The notes under the pieces were generated by a model. The model ran no database searches. It saw only the letters and a program-made list of their open reading frames with translations, and was not told the DNA's origin. Made by a program: the position numbers and the translations under genes. A DNA stretch of 64,000 nt from contig CAYXAU010000007.1 in assembly GCA_964463045.1 (NCBI GenBank), positions 39,916 through 103,915 of the forward strand, read 5' to 3'. The stretch is from an uncultured Candidatus Sumerlaeota bacterium (GTDB lineage Bacteria > Sumerlaeota > Sumerlaeia > MVZB01 > JAJFLK01). Of this stretch, positions 21,935 through 31,500 are shown piece after piece. How positions within the stretch are numbered: the stretch's first letter is position 1; each line of letters begins with the position of its first letter.

Positions 21935-22831
21935 GTGACGACGATAACTCCGGCTCAGGTCAAGGAGCTGCGCGAACTGACCGGAGCCGGGATGATGGAC
22001 TGCAAGCGGGCGCTCGCCGAGTCCGACGGCGACGTGGAGAAAGCCAAGCAATGGCTGAGGGAGAAGGGCCGGGCGATCGCCGAGAAAAAGGCCTCGCGCA
22101 CGGCCTCGGAAGGGTTGATCCGCGCCAGGATCAGCCCCGACGGGCGGACCGCCGCCATCGTCGAGCTCAACTGCGAAACCGACTTCGTCGCGCGCAACGA
22201 AGGCTTCGGCCGTCTGGTGGAGGAGCTGATGGCCCACGTGCTTGACGGCGGGGCGCAGATCGCCGAGGGGGACGTCGAGGGGTTGCTTAACCGGAGGTCG
22301 GCTCCGGAGGGCTCAACGACGCTGCGCGAGAGGATTGGCGAGGCGATCGCCGTGCTCGGCGAGAACATCGAGCTGCGGCGCTTCGTCCGTTGGACGGCCC
22401 CGGACGATCGATCGCGCTTCGACAGTTACATCCACCCGCCGGGGAAACTCGGCGTGCTGGTCGAGCTCCGGGCCGGGCGTCGCGAGACTCTGGAGAACCC
22501 CGCCTTCGGCGAGCTGACGCAGGACCTGGCGATGCACGTGGCGGCGGCGGCGCCGGACTATCTGAGCCGGGCCGAGGTTCCGGCCGAGGTCATCGAACGG
22601 GAAAAGCGCATCTACCGGGAGCAGGGGCGCAACGAGGGGAAGCCGGAGAAAATGCTGGACAAGATTGCCGAGGGAAAGCTCGGCAAGTTCTACCGGACGA
22701 GTTGCCTCCTGGAGCAGGATTTCGTCAAGGACCCGGAGGTCACGATCGAGCAGTGGCTGGCGAAAGCCGGCCAGGCGCTCGGCGACCCGGTCGCCCTCCG
22801 ACGGTTCGAGCGGTTCAAGGTCGGCGGGTGA
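21935..22831 (+). CDS. tsf: Elongation factor Ts
   Basis: GTG start. N-terminal ITA.LVKELRE.TGAGMMDCK.AL is the EF-Ts signature. Confidence 0.95.
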   Translation: MTTITPAQVKELRELTGAGMMDCKRALAESDGDVEKAKQWLREKGRAIAEKKASRTASEGLIRARISPDGRTAAIVELNCETDFVARNEGFGRLVEELMAHVLDGGAQIAEGDVEGLLNRRSAPEGSTTLRERIGEAIAVLGENIELRRFVRWTAPDDRSRFDSYIHPPGKLGVLVELRAGRRETLENPAFGELTQDLAMHVAAAAPDYLSRAEVPAEVIEREKRIYREQGRNEGKPEKMLDKIAEGKLGKFYRTSCLLEQDFVKDPEVTIEQWLAKAGQALGDPVALRRFERFKVGG

Positions 22832-22881
22832 AGCCCTCCGGCGAAGCGGCGGCGCGAGCCGGGGGGTCGGTTGAGGCGCCC

Positions 22882-23601
22882 ATGACGACGGCATCGGCCC
22901 AACCCCGCTACCGGCGAATCCTTCTCAAGATCAGCGGTCAGTTCATGAAGGGGGATCAAGCGTTCGGGCTGGACGCCGAGACGTTCAAGTGGGTGGCCGG
23001 CGAGATTCGGGACGTGGCGGTCAAGGAGGTCCAGATCGGCGTCGTGATCGGCGGGGGGAACATCTTCCGGGGGGCGGGGGCCCTCAACATCAACCGGGCG
23101 GCGGGGGACTACATCGGGATGATCGCGACGATGATCAACGCGCTTACGCTTCAGGCGGCCCTGGAAGGCCTGGGGCTGGAGACGCGCGTCATGAGCGCGA
23201 TCGAGATGCGCGAGGTGGCCGAGCCTTACATCCGCCGGCGCGCGATCCGTCACCTCGAGCGCCAACGGATCGTGATTTTCGGCTGTGGGACGGGCAATCC
23301 CTACTTCACGACCGACACGGCGGCGGCCTTGCGGGCGAACGAAATCGAGGCCGAAGTGCTGATGAAGGCCACGCAGGTCGACGGCGTCTACTCCGCCGAC
23401 CCGCGCCGGGACGCCCAGGCCGTCAAACTCGATCACCTCTCCTATCAGGAGATGGTGACCGGGAATCTGGGGATCATGGACACGAGCGCGGTCTCGCTTT
23501 GCCGGGATAACCGCCTCCCGATTTTGGTTTTCAATCTGAAGCGAACCGGCAATATATGGAAGGCCGTCATGGGGGAGAAGATCGGCACGCTGGTGGACTG
23601 A
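22882..23601 (+). CDS. pyrH: UMP kinase
   Basis: YRRILLKISGQ...GVVIGGGNIFRG. The start is assigned at the MTTASAQ Met (22882). The upstream 160-codon Arg/Gly-rich extension of the ORF is not credible. Confidence 0.9.
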   Translation: MTTASAQPRYRRILLKISGQFMKGDQAFGLDAETFKWVAGEIRDVAVKEVQIGVVIGGGNIFRGAGALNINRAAGDYIGMIATMINALTLQAALEGLGLETRVMSAIEMREVAEPYIRRRAIRHLERQRIVIFGCGTGNPYFTTDTAAALRANEIEAEVLMKATQVDGVYSADPRRDAQAVKLDHLSYQEMVTGNLGIMDTSAVSLCRDNRLPILVFNLKRTGNIWKAVMGEKIGTLVD

Positions 23602-23617
23602 GGAGCAGGCGAACCCC

Positions 23618-24175
23618 ATGGCCGAGGCGCTGCTCAAGGACGCCGAAGAACGGATGCGCAAGGCCGTCGAACAGGTCGAACACGAATTGCGGGGGTTGAG
23701 AACGGGGCGAGCCTCAACGGCGGCGCTCGAAGGGATCCGGGTGCCGGCTTACGGCGGGGAGAGCCCGCTCAATCAGATCGCCACCGTGACGACGCCGGAC
23801 GCGACGACGCTGGCCATTCAGCCGTGGGACCCGCATCTGGTCGGGGCCATCGAGAAGGCGCTCCTGGCGGCCAATCTGGGGATGACCCCCCAGAACGACG
23901 GCAAGGTCGTGCGGCTGCACGTGCCCGCGCTGACCGAAGAGACGCGCCGCGAGATCGTCCGCAAGGCTCACCTGATCGCCGAGCAGGGGCGCGTGGCCGT
24001 CCGCAACGTCCGCCGGCACGTCAACGACGAGATCAAGCGCAGGGAGCGGGATCATTCCATCGGCGAGGACGATAAAAAGCGCCTCCTTGACCAGGTTCAG
24101 AAGAAGACCGATCAGCAAGTGACGCGGATCGACGAACTGCTCCAGAGGAAAGAAAGGGAGATCCTTCAGGTCTGA
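23618..24175 (+). CDS. frr: Ribosome recycling factor
   Basis: Full-length RRF pattern (RTGRAS...LE.I.V.AYG...L..IA....PD...L.IQPWD). Confidence 0.95.
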   Translation: MAEALLKDAEERMRKAVEQVEHELRGLRTGRASTAALEGIRVPAYGGESPLNQIATVTTPDATTLAIQPWDPHLVGAIEKALLAANLGMTPQNDGKVVRLHVPALTEETRREIVRKAHLIAEQGRVAVRNVRRHVNDEIKRRERDHSIGEDDKKRLLDQVQKKTDQQVTRIDELLQRKEREILQV

Positions 24176-24231
24176 GCGATCTGGAGGGTTTTCCGGCCCC
24201 GCCCGGCCGCCCTCCCCCGGGAACACGCCCG

Positions 24232-25074
24232 ATGACGCGCGCATCGAGGAAGGTCATCGAGTGGCCGCCGGTTGCCGTTGAGCGCTGGACGCCCGCCGAT
24301 CGCCGCCTGGCCGAAGCCCTGCGCCCGGCCGACCTGCCGCGGCACATCGCCATCATCATGGACGGCAACGGCCGCTGGGCCCGCCAACACGGCTACCGCG
24401 ATCGCATCCGCGGCCACGAGGCCGGCATCGAGGCCGTCCGCCAGACCACCCGGACCTGCGCCTCCCTGGGCGTGGACTTTCTCACGCTTTTCTCCTTCTC
24501 GAAGGAGAACTGGCAACGCCCCCGGCGGGAGGTCCTGGCGCTCATGCGCCTTCTGCAACGCTTCGCCGTCGATGAACGCCCCGAATTGATGGAGAGCGGC
24601 ATCCGGCTGCGCGTGATCGGGCAGCTGGCCGATCTTCCGGCTTACGCCCGCGACGCCCTCCTGGAAACCGTGCGGTTGACGGCGGCCAACAAGGCGACGA
24701 CGCTCACGCTGGCCTTGAGCTACGGGGGGCGGGACGAAATCCTTCGGGCGGCGCGCGCCCTGGCCGAAGCGGCCGCCGCCGGAGAGATCGACCCCGCGCA
24801 AATCAATGAAGCCGGCTTCGCCGCGCGGCTGGATACGGCGGGCGTTCCCGACCCGGACCTCCTGATCCGCACCAGCGGCGAGATGCGGGTCAGCAATTTT
24901 CTCCTCTGGCAGATCGCTTACGCCGAGATCCACGTCTCACCGGTCCTCTGGCCGGACTTCCGGCGGCGGCACCTGCTGGAATCGATCCTCGATTTCCAGC
25001 GGCGGGAACGTCGGTTCGGAGGAGTGGGGACCGCTCTGCCGCGCTGGCTGGCGGGCCCGCGGAACCGGCCATGA
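24232..25074 (+). CDS. uppS: Undecaprenyl-diphosphate synthase (cis-prenyltransferase)
   Basis: PRHIAIIMDGNGRWA, the FSFS.ENW.RP motif and the ...RTSGE.R.SNFLLWQ motif. Confidence 0.9.
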   Translation: MTRASRKVIEWPPVAVERWTPADRRLAEALRPADLPRHIAIIMDGNGRWARQHGYRDRIRGHEAGIEAVRQTTRTCASLGVDFLTLFSFSKENWQRPRREVLALMRLLQRFAVDERPELMESGIRLRVIGQLADLPAYARDALLETVRLTAANKATTLTLALSYGGRDEILRAARALAEAAAAGEIDPAQINEAGFAARLDTAGVPDPDLLIRTSGEMRVSNFLLWQIAYAEIHVSPVLWPDFRRRHLLESILDFQRRERRFGGVGTALPRWLAGPRNRP

Positions 25075-25919
25075 CATCGACGCGGATCGCTTCCGGCGTG
25101 ATCTTTGCCGTGGTCTTCCTGACCGGCCTTTTCGTCCGGCCGTTGTTCTGGATCCCGGCGCTGATCATCGCCGCCTCGGCCGCCATGGGGGTTTGGGAAT
25201 TCATGCACCTGGGGCGAAGACGCCCGCCGGCGGGGCAACTGGCCGTCTCGCTGGCCGGGGCGGCCGCCTTGCTGCTGGACGGCTACTTCTATGCCCTGGA
25301 GCACGGCGTGGCGATCATCGCCTGTCTGGTGGTCGTCGCCCTGGTGGCCGTGCTGGCCGTGGGGCCGCCCGAGGCGGCCGCGCTCGCCGGCCGGACGATT
25401 GCCGGGCCGATCTACGTCGCCCTCCCGTTCGCCCTCATGATGGCCATCTGGCAGGGGAACCTGATTCCCGGCTCGCCCTTTCCCAACGCCGGGGCTCATT
25501 ACCTCATTTTCCTCGTCATCGTCACGTGGGCGAGCGACGTAGGGGGCTACTTCATCGGCCGGGCTTTCGGCCGGCACAAGCTGGCCCCACAGGTGAGCCC
25601 CGGCAAGTCCCTCGAAGGCTTCATCGGGGGCATGGCCTTCACCTTCGCCGTGGCCATCGCCGCCAAACAAGCCTGGAACAACATCGACGCCCTGTTCTCG
25701 TGGGTCGACGTCGTGGCCCTGGCCCTCGTCTTCAGCCTCCTGGGGCCGCTAGGGGATCTCTCCGAGAGCCTGCTCAAGCGCGAGGCGCACGTCAAGGATT
25801 CGGGCCGGACGTTCACCGGCCACGGCGGCATGCTCGACATCGTCGACAGCCTGCTCTTCACGACCATCTTCTATTACGCCTATCTCTCGTTGTTCCATCC
25901 CTACGCCGTGCAGGCGTGA
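25071..25919 (+). CDS. cdsA: Phosphatidate cytidylyltransferase (CDP-diglyceride synthase)
   Basis: Eight TM helices. C-terminal signature SD.GGYF.GR.FG.HKL.P.VSP.KS.EG..GG. There is a 4-nt overlap with uppS. Confidence 0.85.
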   Translation: MTSTRIASGVIFAVVFLTGLFVRPLFWIPALIIAASAAMGVWEFMHLGRRRPPAGQLAVSLAGAAALLLDGYFYALEHGVAIIACLVVVALVAVLAVGPPEAAALAGRTIAGPIYVALPFALMMAIWQGNLIPGSPFPNAGAHYLIFLVIVTWASDVGGYFIGRAFGRHKLAPQVSPGKSLEGFIGGMAFTFAVAIAAKQAWNNIDALFSWVDVVALALVFSLLGPLGDLSESLLKREAHVKDSGRTFTGHGGMLDIVDSLLFTTIFYYAYLSLFHPYAVQA

Positions 25920-26039
25920 GGTTGCCCCGCTTCGCCGGCGGGAATAGGCTTGCGACCGGCCGGTGGCGGCCCCAGAATCGGCCGGAACGAGCCCCCCTAT
26001 CCCCAACCGCCCCCCCAGGGCGAAGGAGGCGAAGCGTCA

Positions 26040-28213
26040 TGCGATCCGGCGCGAGGAGCTTTCGATGGATGCTGATCGGCGCGGCGCTGCCGCTGGCGTT
26101 GGACGCCGCGGCGGCGTCGGCTCCGAAACCGGAATGGGCTGACCTGGCCGCACAGGTCGAAATCCGGCGAACGGCCTACGGCGTCCCGCACATCAAGGCC
26201 GAGAACGAGCGCGCCCTCGGTTTCGGTTTCGGCTACTGCCAGGCCGAGGATCATCTGCTGAGCATCCAGCGGCTCGTTCTGACGGCGCGGGGCGAGCTGG
26301 CCCGGACCTTTGGCCGGGCCGCCGACGTGGAGTCCGATTTCTACGTCCGGCAATTCCGCGTCCGAGAGCGAGCCGTCGCGACCTACCACAAGCTTGATCC
26401 CGATTTCCGCGATCTCATCGAAGGCTTCGCCGAAGGGATGAACGCCTATATCCACGCCCATCGCGAGGGGCTGCCGGCGTGGGTCCGGCCGGTGACGGCG
26501 CATGACGTGGCCGCCCACGGCATGACGGGCGTCATGCGCTTCGCCTTTAATCGCAACCGGATCATCGAACGCTTCCTGCGCGCGCAGCGGGGGGAGGCCG
26601 AATCCGAGGAGACCGCGGCGCTCCAGGCCGAGGAGGCCGTCGTCGGCTCCAACCTCTGGGCCTTCGGCCCCAGCCGCACCCGCTCGCGCAAGGCGATTCT
26701 GATGGGCAACCCGCACCAGCCGTGGTCCGAGGTGGCGACCTACTACGAGGCCCATTTGACCGTCCCAGGCGTGATCGATTTCTACGGCTCGACGTTCGTC
26801 GGCCGGCCCGTCCTGACCACCGGCTTTAACGCTCACCTGGGCTGGACGCACACGGTCAATTACCCCGATCTCGAGGAAATCTATGAGCTCAAGCTGGACC
26901 CGACGCGGCCGGAACATTTCCTCTTTGACGGGGACGCGCTGCCGATCCAACGCGACGACGTCACGATCGAGGTCAAGACCGACAAGGGGCTCGCGCCGCA
27001 AACGCGCGCCTTCTTTCACACGGCCCTCGGACCCGTTATTCACCGGACCGACGACCGGATTTACGTTCTCCGTTCGGCCAGCTACGAGGAGTTCCGGTTC
27101 TATCAGCAATGGTTCCGGATGAGCCAGGCGCGCAATTTCGCCGAGTTTCAGGCGGCGCTCGCCCTTGGCGCCGTCCCGATGTTCAACACCGGCTACGCCG
27201 ACCGCGAAGGGAACATTTATTACCTGTGGAACGGGACGGTCCCCGTGATCCCGCACGAGAATCAGGACGCCCGCGCCGTCCCCGCCGCCCGTTCGGCCGA
27301 TATCTGGACCCATTTCCTGCCGCTCAAGGAGTTGCCGCAGTTGCTCAACCCCAAGGGAGGCTACGTGCAGAACTCCAATGATCCGCCCTACTTCACGAAC
27401 TTGAACGAGCCGCTCGACATTCGATCCTTCCCCCCTTATTTCCCGCCGCATCGGCTGAGCCTCCGCACCCAACACAGCCTCGAGCTGATTCACAACCGCA
27501 AGCGCTTCAGCCTGGAGGACGTGGTCGATCTCAAGTTCAGCCCCCGGATGCTGCTGGCCGACCGGGTGAAGGACGATCTGATCGCGGCGCTCAAGCTCAA
27601 GGCGGCCGAGGCGGAGACTCTGCGCGCCCGCGAGATGCTCGAACGCTGGAACAACACGACCGAAATGGACAGCCGAGGGAGCGTGCTCTTTGAAATCTGG
27701 TGGACCCGCTATCAGACCGAGTGCCGCCGGGCCGGCATCGAGCCCTACGCCGTCCCGTGGAGTCCGGAGGCCCCGATCACGACGCCGCGCGGCCTGGCCG
27801 ACGCCGAGCGGGCGGCGCAAGCCTTCGCCTGGGCGCTGGGTGAAACTTCCCGCCTGTATGGCGCGTGGGACGCGACATGGGGGGAGGTCCATCGTCTGCG
27901 CAAGGGGAAGGTGGAGGCGCCGGTGAGCGGCGGCGGGGGGGCGATCGGCTCCTTTCGCGTTCTCGATTTCCGGCGGGACGAGACCGACGGCAAGCTCGTC
28001 GTCCGCGGCGGAGATAGCTGGATTTTCGCCGTCGAGTTCGGCGATACGCCGCGGGCCTATACCGTCGTCGGCTATAGCGAGAGCGAAGTCCCCGACTCGC
28101 CCCATTACGATGATCAAGGGGAGCTGTTCGCGGCCAACAAAATGAAGCGCGCCGCCTTCACCGAGGCCGAAATCGAAGCCCAGCTTCTGCGCCGCTATCG
28201 GCCGAGCTTCTAA
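26040..28213 (+). CDS. Penicillin-amidase family Ntn-hydrolase (AHL/aculeacin acylase-like), secreted
   Basis: Signal peptide, alpha-subunit, then beta-subunit beginning with the Ser nucleophile in GSNLWAFGP. Length is 724 aa. The ORF-track entry 25193..28213 is an artefactual upstream extension overlapping cdsA. Confidence 0.8.
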
Positions 28214-28305
28214 GGGCGGACAGGGAAAAAACGACCTCGAAGACGCCACGACACGGAGCGGAACTGAGTCCAACCTTGTCTTCGCGTCTTCTGGGTTCTC
28301 TCTTG

Positions 28306-31300
28306 TTAATCGGCGTTGACGGCTCCGTTCACGTCGGGCCGGTCGCGACCGAGCCCCCCGCGCTTCCAGACGGCGAAGATGGCCGGATAAACGGTCAGTT
28401 CGAGTAAGAACGAGGTGAGCAGGCCGCCGACCATCGGGGCCGCGATGCGCTTCATGACGTCGGCTCCCGTCCCGGTGCTCCACATCACCGGCAGAAGACC
28501 GATAAAACTCGTCAGCACCGTCATGAGCTTCGGGCGGATCCGGCCGGCGGCCCCCTCGACGATGGCCGCTTCCAGATCGGCGAACGTCCGCAGGGTCCCC
28601 TCGGCCGCGCGGCGCCGATGAGCCAGCGTCAGATAGAGGAGCATGACGACGCCCGTCTCGGCGTCCAGACCGGCCAGGGCGATCAGCCCCACCCAGACGG
28701 CCACGCTCAGATTGTAATTCAGCAGATACAAAAGCCAGACGGCGCCGATGAGCGAGAAGGGAACGGCGAGCAGAACGATGAACGTCTCGACGACCGATCG
28801 CGTGTTGAGGTAGAGGAGAAAGAAAACGACTAGCAGGGTGGCCGGGACGACGATTTGGAGCCGGGCCTTGGCGCGCTCGAAGTATTTGAACTGGCCGGAC
28901 CACTCCAGGCGCGTCCCCGGCGGCAGCGCGACGCGCTCGGTCACGACCCGGCGGGCCACGTCCACATAGTCGGCGATACCCATCCTCACGACGTCGACGA
29001 AGACGTACCCCAGAAGCTGGCCGTCCTCGCTGCCGATCATCGGCGGCCCGACGCGGAACTCCATCCGCGCCAGTTGCGCCAGCGGCACTTGCGCCCCCGA
29101 AGGCGAGGCGACCAGCACGCGCTTGAGCGCCTCCGGGTCCTCGCGGAAATCGCGCGCGTAGCGGACGTTGATCGGGAAACGCTCGCGTCCTTCAATCGTT
29201 TCGCTGACGTTCTCCCCGCCGATGGCGGCCAGGATGACGTCGTTCACGTCGCCGACGGTGAGGCCGTGGCGGGCCGCTTCCCGCCGGTCCACGTCGAAAT
29301 CCAGGTAATAGCCGCCGGTGACCCTTTCGGCGAAGGCGCTGCGCGTGAAAGGCCGCGTCCTCGCGTCTTCGAGCAAGGCCCGCTCGACGCCGACGGCCGT
29401 CGCCTCGATCGATTCCAGGTCCGGGCCGAACACTTTGACCCCCAGCGGGCTCCGGATGCCCGTGGCGAGCATCTCCGTCCGCGTTTGGATCGGCATCCAC
29501 CAGATGTTCGGCATGCCGGGATAGCGCAATTCCTCGTCCATTTCCTGAATGATGCTGTCCCAGGTCAGGCCGGGCCGCCAGGCCTCCGGGGGCTTGAGCG
29601 TGACGACGGTCTCGACCATGGACATCGGGGCGGGGTCCGTGGAGGTCTCGGCGCGGCCGATCTTCCCGAAGACCGACTGCACCTCCGGGAAGCGCCGCAG
29701 CCGCTCATCCATGGATTGCAGGATGGCCGTCGCTTCGGTGGCGGAGACGCCCGGCAGGGCCGTCGGCATGTAGAGGATGGAACCCTCGTTAAGCGGCGGC
29801 ATGAACTCGTTGCCCAGCCGCATGAAGGCCGGGACGGTCAACCCCATCGCCGTGAGGGAGAGCGCGATCACGAGCCACCGATGGCGGACGACGAGACGGA
29901 CGACCGGCGAATAAAGCCAGATCAGGAGACGGTTGAGCGGGTTGCGCTCCTCGCGGCGGACGCGGCCGCGGATCATCAGGGCGGCCAGCGCCGGGGTCAA
30001 CGTGACGGCGAGCCCCGCCGCGAACGCCATCGAGTAAGTCTTGGTAAAGGCAAGCGGCCGGAACAGCCGGCCCTCGGTTCCCTCCAGCGTGAAAACCGGC
30101 AGGAAGGCGATCGTGATGACCAGGAGGGAGAAGAAGATCGTGGGGCCGACCTCCTGCATGGCCCCGATCACGACCTCCCGGCGCGGTCCGGCGGCCGGGG
30201 CGGCCGTCTCCAAGCGCTTATGGATGTTCTCGACCATGATGATCGAGGCGTCCACCATCGCCCCGATCGCGACGGCGATGCCCGCCAGGGACATGATGTT
30301 GGCCGTCAGCCGCTGCTCGACCATCGGGATGAAGGCCAGGAGGACGGCGATCGGCAGGGCGACGATCGGGATGAGCGCCGAGCGGGCGTGCATCAGAAAA
30401 ACGATGATCACCAGGCTGACGACGAGCATTTCTTCCAGCAGCGCGCGCCGGAGCGTGTGGATCGACCGCCGAATCAGCTCGGAGCGGTCGTAGACAATCA
30501 CCACCTCCACGCCCTCCGGCATCGAGGCGCGCGCCTCTTCCAGCCGCGCCTTCACGCGCTCGATCACGCGCAGCGCGTTCTCCCCGTAGCGCATGACGAC
30601 GATCCCGCCGACGGTTTCCCCTTCGCCGTTCAGCTCGGCGATGCCCCGCCGCGTCTCGGGGCCGATCTGCACCGTGGCCACGTCCTTCAGATAGACGGGC
30701 ACGCCCCCTTCGCCGGTCATCAAGGGGATCAGTTCCAGATCCTCCCGGGACCGGATATAGCCGCGGCCGCGCACCATCTGCTCGTGTCCCGCCAGCTCCA
30801 GAACGTGCCCCCCGACGTCCTGATTCGACCGGCGGATGGCGTGGATCACCTCTTGCAACGGAATGTCCAAGGCCAGGAGCTTGTTCGGGTCGACGGTCAC
30901 CTGATACTGCTTGACGAATCCGCCGACGGAGGCGACCTCGGCCACCCCCTCGACGCTTTCGAGCCAGTAGCGCAGGCGCCAATCCTGAAGGGCCCGCAGC
31001 TCGGCCAGGTCGTGGCGGCCCGTCTTGTCCACCAGCGCGTATTGGAAGACCCACCCGACGCCGGTGGCGTCCGGCCCGAGGGTGGGCGTCACGCCTTCGG
31101 GCAGCCGGCCGGCCAGGGCGCTCAGGTATTCCAAGACGCGGCTCCGCGCCCAGTAAACGTCCGTTCCGTCCTCGAAGATGACGTAAATGAAGGAAAGGCC
31201 GAACGCCGATTGCCCTCGGACGTAACTGACGCGCGGGGCCGCCAACAGCGACGAGGCGATCGGATAGGTGATCTGGTCCTCGACGAGGTCCGGGCTCCGG

Positions 31301-31500
31301 CCGGGCCACGCGGTGAAGATGATGACTTGCGTGTCGGAGAGATCGGGAATGGCGTCCAACGCCACGCGGCCGACCGACAGCCAGCCCCAGAGCACGAGCC
31401 CGCCGACGGTAAAGAGCGTCAGAAAGGGATTCCGGGCGCAATGGCCGATCAGTTTCTGAATCGGCCCGAGCGGAGGTTCCCAGGTTGAAGACATCCTCAC
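28306..31500 (-). CDS. cusA: Heavy-metal efflux RND permease (CusA/CzcA family)
   Basis: 1064 aa and 12 TM helices. HME-RND family features include a methionine cluster region and conserved charged residues in TM4. It is last in a three-gene minus-strand operon with the adaptor and OMF. Confidence 0.9.
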   Translation of the reverse strand: MRMSSTWEPPLGPIQKLIGHCARNPFLTLFTVGGLVLWGWLSVGRVALDAIPDLSDTQVIIFTAWPGRSPDLVEDQITYPIASSLLAAPRVSYVRGQSAFGLSFIYVIFEDGTDVYWARSRVLEYLSALAGRLPEGVTPTLGPDATGVGWVFQYALVDKTGRHDLAELRALQDWRLRYWLESVEGVAEVASVGGFVKQYQVTVDPNKLLALDIPLQEVIHAIRRSNQDVGGHVLELAGHEQMVRGRGYIRSREDLELIPLMTGEGGVPVYLKDVATVQIGPETRRGIAELNGEGETVGGIVVMRYGENALRVIERVKARLEEARASMPEGVEVVIVYDRSELIRRSIHTLRRALLEEMLVVSLVIIVFLMHARSALIPIVALPIAVLLAFIPMVEQRLTANIMSLAGIAVAIGAMVDASIIMVENIHKRLETAAPAAGPRREVVIGAMQEVGPTIFFSLLVITIAFLPVFTLEGTEGRLFRPLAFTKTYSMAFAAGLAVTLTPALAALMIRGRVRREERNPLNRLLIWLYSPVVRLVVRHRWLVIALSLTAMGLTVPAFMRLGNEFMPPLNEGSILYMPTALPGVSATEATAILQSMDERLRRFPEVQSVFGKIGRAETSTDPAPMSMVETVVTLKPPEAWRPGLTWDSIIQEMDEELRYPGMPNIWWMPIQTRTEMLATGIRSPLGVKVFGPDLESIEATAVGVERALLEDARTRPFTRSAFAERVTGGYYLDFDVDRREAARHGLTVGDVNDVILAAIGGENVSETIEGRERFPINVRYARDFREDPEALKRVLVASPSGAQVPLAQLARMEFRVGPPMIGSEDGQLLGYVFVDVVRMGIADYVDVARRVVTERVALPPGTRLEWSGQFKYFERAKARLQIVVPATLLVVFFLLYLNTRSVVETFIVLLAVPFSLIGAVWLLYLLNYNLSVAVWVGLIALAGLDAETGVVMLLYLTLAHRRRAAEGTLRTFADLEAAIVEGAAGRIRPKLMTVLTSFIGLLPVMWSTGTGADVMKRIAAPMVGGLLTSFLLELTVYPAIFAVWKRGGLGRDRPDVNGAVNAD

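Noticed and set aside
22390-22881. Upstream 164-codon extension of the pyrH ORF (MDGPGRSIAL...).
   Set aside because: It overlaps the 3' end of tsf in another frame and is low-complexity. The UMP kinase homology begins at MTTASAQ (22882).
28214-28305. Possible bidirectional terminator between the convergent acylase and cusA genes (gaagacgc...gcgtcttc).
   Set aside because: The stem is only 7-8 bp with a loop of more than 30 nt and has no flanking T-runs. It is too weak to call.
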